Below are positions 8,203 to 15,177 of a stretch of DNA of 24,326 nt, piece after piece. The DNA lies in the IMG/VR virus record IMGVR_UViG_3300033067_002141, positions 1-24,326 of that record. One strand, 5' to 3'. This DNA is from a virus. Lineage: Duplodnaviria; Caudoviricetes. A model generated the notes under the pieces. That model had not been told where the DNA came from, searched no databases, and saw nothing but the letters and a program-made list of their open reading frames with translations. Each line of letters begins with the position of its first letter. The first letter of the stretch is position 1. The translations under genes were made by a program, and so were the position numbers.

Positions 8203-8450
8203 GTGGGTCTCCACAACTCCAACTGTTCGCGCTCGTACGCATCAAACGCAGGCGAGTCCAGGACCCACAACACTTTCAACTTGCAAATCGCGTCGTCGGG
8301 CGTGTTCCAGAAGAGCACGTATTCTTCCTCGCGCGTCGTTCGTTTCTCTGAGTTCAATGCGAGGAGCGCCCCTGTCGGGTCGTCCACCAACACTACCTTC
8401 CAACCATAGTGCGCTGCCTCAGCAGCGTCAGCTTCGGTCCACCAGCTCAT
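8199..8450 (-). CDS. small protein, paralog family A
   Basis: ATGA coupling; WTEADAAEAAHYGW...EYVLFWNTPDDAICKLKVLWV. Confidence 0.7.
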   Translation of the reverse strand: MSWWTEADAAEAAHYGWKVVLVDDPTGALLALNSEKRTTREEEYVLFWNTPDDAICKLKVLWVLDSPAFDAYEREQLELWRPT

Positions 8451-8716
8451 TCCCAGAACCCCCGCTCTTCGAGCCTCCTCCGCAGCCCGTCGTTGATCAT
8501 TGCCCGTAACCACTGCAGCTTCACACGACACAAGGCGTATTCGGGGGTCTGTACTATACGGTTACACAAAATGGTGAAGTACTTCCCGTCCGCGGCGAAG
8601 TCTTCGCCAGGCCATGCGACAGCCAAGTTACCTGTGTCCGTGGTGATCTTCCAACCATACTTCGCAGCGTCTGCTGCGTCATCTTCGGTCCAGCCGAACT
8701 CTTCGAGTAAGCTCAT
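8447..8716 (-). CDS. small protein, paralog family A
   Basis: ATGA coupling, SD GGAG; FGWTEDDAADAAKYGW...QTPEYALCRVKLQWL. Confidence 0.7.
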   Translation of the reverse strand: MSLLEEFGWTEDDAADAAKYGWKITTDTGNLAVAWPGEDFAADGKYFTILCNRIVQTPEYALCRVKLQWLRAMINDGLRRRLEERGFWE

Positions 8717-9021
8717 CCTAGTTTCTCCATGGTTGCCTGCAGCTTCTCGATCTCCGTGCTGTGCCCGACTGCCTGCATCAGCCAGAGTGCTTTCACCTTC
8801 GCCGGGGTGTCGGGCGCTGTGAGGAATAGCTCGTATTCTGCGCCTGCTGCGGAACGGAGCACAAGGTGATTGCCTACGGGATACAGCGCCCAACCATCCG
8901 CTGCTGCTGCAACGATGTCCTCTTGTGTCCAACCGTACTGCAGCAGGTTTTTGCGTATTTCGTTGGGCCAGGTAAAACTCTGGAGTCGTTCTCTCTCCGT
9001 CTCTCTTTCTTCAGGGGTCAC
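8713..9021 (-). CDS. small protein, paralog family A
   Basis: GTGA coupling, SD GGAG; YGWTQEDIVAAAADGW...EYELFLTAPDTPAKVKALWLM. Confidence 0.75.
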   Translation of the reverse strand: MTPEERETERERLQSFTWPNEIRKNLLQYGWTQEDIVAAAADGWALYPVGNHLVLRSAAGAEYELFLTAPDTPAKVKALWLMQAVGHSTEIEKLQATMEKLG

Positions 9022-9662
9022 AAATGTCTCTCCCCGATCTCCTGGTAGAGAGCGCTCAGATGCTTGGCTACCTTCTTCGCCCGACGCAGCAGGTCGGGGT
9101 CCGAGGTCACGTAGGGGTGGTCGAGGATGTAATCCCCGAAGGTGCCGCACAGCATGTACGTCCGATCGAGCGCCTCGTGAGCGTGGTATTCGTCGAGTGC
9201 CGGCGGCGTGGGGTCGATGGACTTCGCTCCGAACCTGTCGAGGATCTTCTGCGCCGCGGCGGCTTTGCCGGTGCCGTTCGCGGGTTCGTTGATGATGCTC
9301 GCGCACATGTCCTTCACCTTCTGGTCAACCTTCGGTTTGATCTCATCCGCCAGGACTTGCAGCGCAGCGTCGTGCTTCCTTCCCCCATCAGTGGGGTCCA
9401 CCTGCTCCGCAGGCTCCAGCTTCTCCCCCGTGGACCTGCTGTACCCGGGGCGGGGCCAGTAGTCGGTCCACTCGATTTCGTAGGTTGAGTCTGTTGGGGT
9501 AGCCGCAAGCTGTGCTGCAGTATCTGCGTCTAGAAAGTCCCCAACGCCTATGCTCCACGTCTTCCCATCCCACCAACGCCAGTAACTCTCCGTGCGGTTC
9601 GGGCTCGCATTCCACCAGCCCACCTCGGGAGGGGGTCCTTTGTGCCAGGTACGGTTGTTCAT
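9018..9662 (-). CDS. hypothetical protein with Trp-rich N-terminal domain (214 aa)
   Basis: ATG at 9662 with SD AGGAG; WHKGPPPEVGWW...YWRWWDGKTWS...IEWTDYWP. Confidence 0.75.
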   Translation of the reverse strand: MNNRTWHKGPPPEVGWWNASPNRTESYWRWWDGKTWSIGVGDFLDADTAAQLAATPTDSTYEIEWTDYWPRPGYSRSTGEKLEPAEQVDPTDGGRKHDAALQVLADEIKPKVDQKVKDMCASIINEPANGTGKAAAAQKILDRFGAKSIDPTPPALDEYHAHEALDRTYMLCGTFGDYILDHPYVTSDPDLLRRAKKVAKHLSALYQEIGERHL

Positions 9663-9826
9663 GTCAGCTCCTTCTTTTCCTTCTCGCGCAGGCGATCTTC
9701 TGCCTGCTTCAGCATGCGACACAGGGTGTCGTTGCGTGCGCGCAGCAGCACGTTCTCTTTCCACAAGGCTTCACGGTCCAGCTTCGACAGGTCCACCTTC
9801 GGAAGCTCTACGATCTCATCTTTCAT
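9659..9826 (-). CDS. small coiled-coil protein (55 aa; absent from the ORF track)
   Basis: SD AGGAG; MKDEIVELPKVDLSKLDREALWKENVLLRARNDTLCRMLKQAEDRLREKEKKELT; ATGA overlap with the next gene. Confidence 0.7.
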   Translation of the reverse strand: MKDEIVELPKVDLSKLDREALWKENVLLRARNDTLCRMLKQAEDRLREKEKKELT

Positions 9827-10220
9827 CTTCTCTCTCCTTGTTGACCGCCATGGCCGCCGGGTTGAAGTTCATCACGCAGCTCGGGTAATAGTCCCCGGTG
9901 TTGCGCGTACCGACTTCGATCACCACCTCATGTGTGCCCACACAACGGATCTCCAGCGTCTCATGTGAATCCCCGTTGGAGTCGAACGTCGGGCCGGGCA
10001 CGGCGTACACGGGGATACCCTCAAACGTATTCACCATCGGGCTGGCGCCGGGGTCTTCGATCCTGATATCACGCAGGTGACTGCGGTACCCGTCGTCGGG
10101 ATCTTCCACCGCCACGTAGATCACGCCGTTGAGGCGGAAGCGCATGATGTTGCGCTCTCCTTCCCATTCGTAGTCCACACCGTCCAGGACATGGAATCCT
10201 TCGAGATCCTTGAGCTCCAT
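9816..10220 (-). CDS. conserved-type hypothetical phage protein (134 aa)
   Basis: TGATG coupling, SD AAGGAG; EDPDDGYRS and GT.NTGDYYP motifs. Confidence 0.75.
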   Translation of the reverse strand: MELKDLEGFHVLDGVDYEWEGERNIMRFRLNGVIYVAVEDPDDGYRSHLRDIRIEDPGASPMVNTFEGIPVYAVPGPTFDSNGDSHETLEIRCVGTHEVVIEVGTRNTGDYYPSCVMNFNPAAMAVNKEREDER

Positions 10221-10531
10221 CACTCCTTCCCCCCTTCGACCTTCGGCGCCGGCTCGACGCGCCACACGCGGCAGAACGTCTTGCCGTGCTCCTCCACCTT
10301 GCGCATCACGTACGTGTTGCCCGTGGCCTTTCGTGCGGTGGCAGCCGCGACGCTGACGCCGGTGGTCGTGTATCCCAGGGCTTTGACACACTCGCCAATC
10401 TTGAGCGCCTTGATGTGCTCCAGCAGGCTGATGCGCTTGGGTTTCTTCGCCTTGGCCGGCTTGTGAATGGGCGCCGGGATGGGGATGTTCCGCTCGACGA
10501 TGATGCGGTAGTTGGTTGCGTCTTTCTTCAT
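10220..10531 (-). CDS. small basic protein, possibly DNA-binding (103 aa)
   Basis: ATG at 10531 with SD GGAG; ERNIPIP...LKIGE...RVWRV pattern seen in small basic phage proteins; Lys/Arg-rich. Confidence 0.7.
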   Translation of the reverse strand: MKKDATNYRIIVERNIPIPAPIHKPAKAKKPKRISLLEHIKALKIGECVKALGYTTTGVSVAAATARKATGNTYVMRKVEEHGKTFCRVWRVEPAPKVEGGKE

Positions 10532-10589
10532 TTCTCTCTCCAGTTGTGCGGTGTTACCCGCGGGTTGAGGGGACAGCCCCCTCGTGAAA

Positions 10590-10611
10590 CTCAGGTGCAG
10601 ATGCACCTGAG
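10590..10611. repeat. palindrome copy 2, CTCAGGTGC-AGAT-GCACCTGAG (extends to AACTC...GAGTT, 10588-10613)
   Basis: Exact inverted arms; intergenic. Confidence 0.95.
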
Positions 10612-10654
10612 TTGTTCTGTGCTGCCGTGAGGCAGGGGTATGAGTGGTGCGAGG

Positions 10655-11464
10655 TCACAAGTCCCGAGTCCAATCCACACCCTGCTCCTCCACGCTCAGG
10701 CGTGGCTCGGGCGTCTTGCGCACGTGGTCGGGGTTCATCTCATACTTGCGCTCGCGGCCGTTGTCCATGATCTCCCGCTCCGCACTTGACATCAGGGGGT
10801 AGTACGTCGGCGGGATGGGCTTCTCCAGGGCGTCGAGGCGCTGCAGCAGGCGCTGCATGACTTCCTCCTGCTTGCGATACTTCTCCCGATCGTGCAAGTT
10901 CTCCGTGGTAGCCAGCAGCTGCGACTGCTCAATGGCCTTCACGATCTGATACCGCACCTTGAAGCGGCGATCGTCTTCCTCACGCATGGACTTCTGGTCG
11001 ATCGTGAAGGGTTCCTTGCGGCGCACACCTGGGCGCAGCGGGATCTTGGCGAACTCCGCGCGCACCGCGTCGCTCACGGCTTTGGGCACGTACGCAAACC
11101 AGAACACGCCGCCACTGGGGATCTGGTACCGTTTCACGTAATCCTGGCGCGTGACACTCTGATTGATCGCCTGGTGGATGCGAGCGCGCAGCTTCAGCAG
11201 CACCTCCAGGTAGGCTTCGTGTGCGTTCCGCTCGGGCGTGCCCGGCATCTTCGAGCGCAGGTTGGCGCGGATAGTCTGGGTTTCGCGACGCAGCGCGGAC
11301 AAGATTGACTTCCAAGAGCGCGACACATGCGTGTCGACAAGCTCCGTTTCGCGTTCAGTCACTTTGAAATTGAACTGTTTGAGTACCTTGTCGGTGGTCT
11401 GCGCGTCGAGTCCAGCCTTGAACAGCATGTCTTTGAACACTTCGGCGGTGAGTTTGAGTTCCAT
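10655..11464 (-). CDS. hypothetical helical protein (269 aa, MELKLTAEV...)
   Basis: ATG at 11464 with SD GGAGG; the upstream extension in the track is low-complexity. Confidence 0.75.
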   Translation of the reverse strand: MELKLTAEVFKDMLFKAGLDAQTTDKVLKQFNFKVTERETELVDTHVSRSWKSILSALRRETQTIRANLRSKMPGTPERNAHEAYLEVLLKLRARIHQAINQSVTRQDYVKRYQIPSGGVFWFAYVPKAVSDAVRAEFAKIPLRPGVRRKEPFTIDQKSMREEDDRRFKVRYQIVKAIEQSQLLATTENLHDREKYRKQEEVMQRLLQRLDALEKPIPPTYYPLMSSAEREIMDNGRERKYEMNPDHVRKTPEPRLSVEEQGVDWTRDL

Positions 11465-12120
11465 TTGGGCCTCCAAAAAGCGCAGTGTAACTTTTCCAGG
11501 AGGAAAGTCAACGAGAACATGAAGGCAAGAGGCCGAGAATCCGTTCGGGCACAAATTGGGGTGTGGAGTAAAGCTGGACATGTGTAGGCAAGCAGTGGAG
11601 AACACGCAGGCAATACGCGGAGAACATGAGACAGAAAAAAGGAGACAACTTTGGCGCAACTGTGAGGCACGCAAAAAGATGAACAAAAGGAGGAAAGAAG
11701 ACGGGAACACAAAAAGGGGGCAAGGCAACAAGACGAGAACATAAAGGAAAGAACGTGGCATTACATGTTGGCTAACCAGATTGGTTATGCTCTTGCCCAA
11801 TTAGCCAGGGCAAGATCCCGGGCAAGCCTGTTGATTTGTATAGGGCTGCCCCTCTGGGCGTGGGAGATTTACTACATCTCCATATCGTAGAGTGCGTCTA
11901 GACTTGTGGATGTGCGGGCGTCCAAGTTCTGAACTATGGACTCACTGGAATACATTTACTTATCTATATACTATATAAAGATATATATTAAATAGACTTC
12001 TACTGGGCGCCCAATCAAGCGCTACAACACACTTACTGAGGTTTATGCCGTGGATAAAATGGCATAAACCTATCCCGACCAAAAAGTGTTGCTTTTTAGC
12101 TACACCTGTCATGTTGGAGA
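11465..12120. other. long non-coding region with purine skew and an AT-rich tract (candidate origin/control region)
   Basis: A/G-rich + strand at about 11500-11760; several GGGCAA/TTGCCC motifs at about 11718-11826; (TA)n-rich tract at about 11950-11995. Confidence 0.4.
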
Positions 12121-12142
12121 CTCAGGTGCACGTGCACCTGAG
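12121..12142. repeat. palindrome copy 3, CTCAGGTGC-ACGT-GCACCTGAG (perfect 26-bp palindrome at 12119-12144)
   Basis: GACTCAGGTGCACGTGCACCTGAGTC. Confidence 0.95.
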
Positions 12143-12160
12143 TCCCGTCGCCCCGCCCGC

Positions 12161-12457
12161 CTATGAGTGCTGCACCCGCGCAGCTTCCCGCCTCTCGCGG
12201 GCGATCGTGTGCCAGCCGATGAAGTCGGCGTTGGCCCTGCGCCTGGCCAGGTCCAGCTCGGGTGTCCAGGGGTGCAGCACCCCCTCGGTGATGAGGCGGA
12301 TGCGCGTGGCGCTCACGCGGGGCTTGTCCAGGGCCTTGATGAAGTGCCGGCCGCCAGGCAGGGCGCCCACGTAGTGGGTCTTGCTCCAGAAAAGGCCGAT
12401 GGTGGTCTCAGCGTGTTGCACCGCGGCAGCGTGGGTGGGGAAGGAAGTAGAAGACAT
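12161..12457 (-). CDS. hypothetical protein (98 aa)
   Basis: SD GGAG; lies between palindrome copies 3 and 4. Confidence 0.65.
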   Translation of the reverse strand: MSSTSFPTHAAAVQHAETTIGLFWSKTHYVGALPGGRHFIKALDKPRVSATRIRLITEGVLHPWTPELDLARRRANADFIGWHTIARERREAARVQHS

Positions 12458-12496
12458 GAAGTTCTCCAGAAGAAAGGGTTGAGAGAGGGGAGGGAT

Positions 12497-12518
12497 CTCA
12501 GGTGCAGCTGCACCTGAG
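12497..12518. repeat. palindrome copy 4, CTCAGGTGC-AGCT-GCACCTGAG
   Basis: Perfect 22-bp palindrome. Confidence 0.95.
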
Positions 12519-12523
12519 TTGGG

Positions 12524-12697
12524 TCAGAACATGGACTTGCAGATGGCGATACCCTGGGCGATGTACGCCTCAGACATGGCGTCGAGGGAGGGCCCATACG
12601 CACGCTTGAAAAGCTCCGCGCTCTTCTGCTCGGGGGTCCAGTCGGGGTGCTCGCGATCGACATCGTCGGCGAGCTTGCGTAGATCAAACAAACGCAT
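12524..12697 (-). CDS. hypothetical protein (57 aa, MRLFDLRKLADD...)
   Basis: SD AGGAGG; TGATG coupling. Confidence 0.65.
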   Translation of the reverse strand: MRLFDLRKLADDVDREHPDWTPEQKSAELFKRAYGPSLDAMSEAYIAQGIAICKSMF

Positions 12698-12882
12698 CAC
12701 AGCCTCCTGGGCAGGGTGAAGGAGTGCACCACCCCGCGCTTGAATTGCACGGTCGTGGTCCCCAGGGGGAAGCAGGTCTGGCGCTCGTTGCGCGGGCCCG
12801 CCACGCTCGCGATGGCGCCGGCGTAGGGGTTGAGTAGGGTAGGCATCCGAAAGGCGCGTTGGCCGTTGGTCTTGAGTTGCAT
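12697..12882 (-). CDS. hypothetical protein (61 aa, MQLKTNGQ...)
   Basis: SD GGAG 6 nt upstream of the ATG at 12882. Confidence 0.6.
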   Translation of the reverse strand: MQLKTNGQRAFRMPTLLNPYAGAIASVAGPRNERQTCFPLGTTTVQFKRGVVHSFTLPRRL

Positions 12883-12905
12883 AAGGTTCTCCAATGAGAG
12901 AGGAA

Positions 12906-12927
12906 CTCAGGTGCATCTGCACCTGAG
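12906..12927. repeat. palindrome copy 5, CTCAGGTGC-ATCT-GCACCTGAG
   Basis: Exact arms; the core is the reverse complement of the core in copies 2 and 7. Confidence 0.95.
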
Positions 12928-12975
12928 AGTAGCGACGCTACTCCATACCCCTGCGCGCAGGGGTACAGGCTAGGG

Positions 12976-13206
12976 TCAGAGCATCTCGTAATACGTCTCA
13001 CGCAGCATGAGCATGAGCCAGACTGTGCGGTCGCGGCGCATCGTGTGCCGTCCAGCTACGCTGAACTCGTGGTCGCGCAAGATCAAAGCCATTTCGTACT
13101 CTGCTCGCGTCATTTGCAGCCACGTGTCGTTGTGGTAGTCGTTGAATGCGTTGATCGCACGTTTGAGCGCGGCGCGGCGATAAGCTGCATGGCGGGATAT
13201 AGCCAT
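12976..13206 (-). CDS. hypothetical protein (76 aa, MAISRHAAY...)
   Basis: SD GGAG upstream of the ATG at 13206. Confidence 0.65.
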   Translation of the reverse strand: MAISRHAAYRRAALKRAINAFNDYHNDTWLQMTRAEYEMALILRDHEFSVAGRHTMRRDRTVWLMLMLRETYYEML

Positions 13207-13453
13207 AAAAGACTCCAAAAGAAGTACGGGACAGTCAAGCTGTCCCAAGGGGTGGGAAACGACGTCTATATAACCAGAAGTAGGATGCCCGGCTTATGAC
13301 ATCCCGATCTGTTGGGGCCGCGTGATATGCGTGTTTGTGTCGCAAGATGCAGAACCCCCGCAGGTGATGGGAGAAACAGGCGTAACCCATCCTTGAATGC
13401 ACGGCAATCCAGGGAAATCTGCAAATTGCGACAAACCTGACCGATCGGTCAGA

Positions 13454-13475
13454 CTCAGGTGCACGTGCACCTGAG
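13454..13475. repeat. palindrome copy 6, CTCAGGTGC-ACGT-GCACCTGAG
   Basis: Perfect palindrome, 1 bp away from a second 16-bp palindrome CTGACCGATCGGTCAG (13437-13452). Confidence 0.95.
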
Positions 13476-13485
13476 TTACCTGGGC

Positions 13486-13914
13486 TCACTCTGCCATTTC
13501 AGACAGGGCAATGGCGAACAGCTTCTTCGCGTCGCTCTTGCTCAGACCGGCGATGGCCTTGCCGATCTTGGCAACGTATTGCCGACGGGTCTCAGTCATG
13601 CGGAAGGCTTTGGTCTCCTTCACGCTGATGCTGTGCCCGAACACAGCGCGCACCAACCTAAGATGCCTGCTCTTGGCCGTGTTGTACTTGGTCTCATCCT
13701 CCTTTGCGAAGCCCATGCCGCGTTGGCCCTCGACCAGACCGATCTTGTAGTGCGCCGCTACCAGCGGCATGAGTAGGGACGCTACGGACTCGCGTCCACC
13801 CTTGATGGCCTTGGCCATCTGCGGGTGCGCTTGCAACGTCACGATGTCATTGAGGAACTTGTCTCCGGTGGTGAGAGCGGAGGAAACAAGAGATTGAAGG
13901 GTAATGGTAGCCAT
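13486..13914 (-). CDS. hypothetical basic helical protein (142 aa, MATITLQS...)
   Basis: SD GAAAGGA upstream of the ATG at 13914. Confidence 0.75.
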   Translation of the reverse strand: MATITLQSLVSSALTTGDKFLNDIVTLQAHPQMAKAIKGGRESVASLLMPLVAAHYKIGLVEGQRGMGFAKEDETKYNTAKSRHLRLVRAVFGHSISVKETKAFRMTETRRQYVAKIGKAIAGLSKSDAKKLFAIALSEMAE

Positions 13915-13942
13915 GATGTGTCCTTTCGAGACATGAGAAAAA

Positions 13943-13964
13943 CTCAGGTGCAGATGCACCTGAG
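13943..13964. repeat. palindrome copy 7, CTCAGGTGC-AGAT-GCACCTGAG
   Basis: Exact arms; followed on the minus strand by TTTTT. Confidence 0.95.
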
Positions 13965-14016
13965 AGCAGCGAGTAACGCCACTCCATTGCACAGCACGCT
14001 GTGCAACAGGGTGAGG

Positions 14017-14199
14017 TCAGATGTAGAAGTACATCGTCTCCGTCTCGTACCCACGGACAATGCGCCGCTCGACGATGCGCTTACCCGCAGCACGCAGTTC
14101 CACCATGTGAGCACGCAAGTCAGCACTGACAACCTCATCGTCTTCGCTGTACTCACTACCAATGTACACAGCGTTCTTTGGGATAGGGGGAAGGGACAT
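14017..14199 (-). CDS. hypothetical protein (60 aa, MSLPPIPKNAV...), first gene of the left arm
   Basis: SD GGAG upstream of the ATG at 14199. Confidence 0.65.
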   Translation of the reverse strand: MSLPPIPKNAVYIGSEYSEDDEVVSADLRAHMVELRAAGKRIVERRIVRGYETETMYFYI

Positions 14200-14215
14200 T
14201 TGGATTCTCCAGAAC

Positions 14216-14236
14216 AAAAGCCCGCAACGTGCGGGC
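14216..14236 (-). terminator. terminator-like hairpin in the leader of the left arm
   Basis: Minus strand GCCCGCA-CGT-TGCGGGC followed by TTTTGTT. Confidence 0.45.
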
Positions 14237-14529
14237 CAACCGATCAACTGGGCCAACCCCAATCGATGCCTCTATTATACCGCAACGTGTTCTGGAGAGA
14301 GGGAGAGTAGGTACTTACAGCCAGGGCGAGACCCACCGGGGGCGGGGGAACCCAATGGAGGGCGAGGTGGGCGATGGGACTTGAACACTGTTCCACACCC
14401 GCGATCGGCATTTTTTAAATTTTTTGAAAACAAAAGGCCACTTCTCAAGCAGAAACACACAAGAAAAAGCCCCGCCGGACACGAATCGAGCGGGGCTAAC
14501 TCGGACATGCCGAGAGGGAGGAGAACGTC

Positions 14530-15177
14530 GTGACTTCCCCAAGCCACGCTCCCAGTGTACACTGCCAAAACATGTTTGACCACCTGCTGAACATCGACTC
14601 CCCAACGCTCGACTTCCCGGCCGAGGGCTTCACCGCTGTCGCGGATGCACAGCCTCACGAGGTCATCACTGCCCAGGTCGGCACCATGGACTGGCTCGAA
14701 GAGATCGGGGCCCCCATCACCAGCCCGATGGACAATTTGCAGAAGGAAGCGGCCCGCTCCGCGTTCCTGGCCGTAACCACAGGCGCTCCACTACCCGACG
14801 CTCAGAAACAAGCGCTCCTGAAGATCAAGGGGCCGGCAGCCGTGCAGCAGCTGACCTCCATGCTGGACGCATATGACTGGGAGTTCGTGGAGCAGGCCAA
14901 GGAACTGCGCGGGTACATCACCGCCAAGATCCTCGAGGAAACCAAACACCCCGACCCACGGATCCGGCTCAAGGCGCTCCAGATGCTCGGCAACATCGCC
15001 GAGGTCGGGCTGTTCGAGGAGCGCGTGAAGATCACCAAGGTGGACGCCACCGCAGAGGAATTGGAGAAACGTATTCGGGAGAGGCTGGCCAATTGGGTGC
15101 CGGCCGCCGCGCAGAACCAGACGGTCACTGACGTCGAGCTGAAGGAAGCCACCGGTGAGCGCCCGACAACCCCTTGA
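14530..15177 (+). CDS. putative terminase small subunit
   Basis: SD GGGAGGAG before the GTG; directly upstream of and overlapping TerL; helical, with an RLKALQMLG..VGLF motif. The call is mainly positional. Confidence 0.6.
   Translation: MTSPSHAPSVHCQNMFDHLLNIDSPTLDFPAEGFTAVADAQPHEVITAQVGTMDWLEEIGAPITSPMDNLQKEAARSAFLAVTTGAPLPDAQKQALLKIKGPAAVQQLTSMLDAYDWEFVEQAKELRGYITAKILEETKHPDPRIRLKALQMLGNIAEVGLFEERVKITKVDATAEELEKRIRERLANWVPAAAQNQTVTDVELKEATGERPTTP

Noticed and set aside
11465-11800. Hydrophobic N-terminal extension of ORF 10655..11800 and the ORFs 11359..11742 and 11508..11723
   Set aside because: Artefacts of the pyrimidine-rich minus strand; the good SD and ATG are at 11464.
7873-12173. 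Identical CTATGAGTGCTGC at two gene ends (7873 and 12161), resembling TATGAGTGGTG
   Set aside because: Only 13 bp, inside coding sequence, and without the accompanying hairpin; cannot be distinguished from chance.
13235-13489. ORF crossing palindrome copy 6
   Set aside because: No properly spaced SD, atypical composition, and it overlaps repeat elements; unsupported.
12121-13964. Palindromic repeats as a CRISPR array
   Set aside because: Spacing is 376-548 bp, irregular, and filled with SD-led genes; no cas genes are present.
6343-13964. Palindromes as ordinary intrinsic terminators
   Set aside because: Only copy 7 has a clear T-run, and terminators would not need invariant arm sequence.
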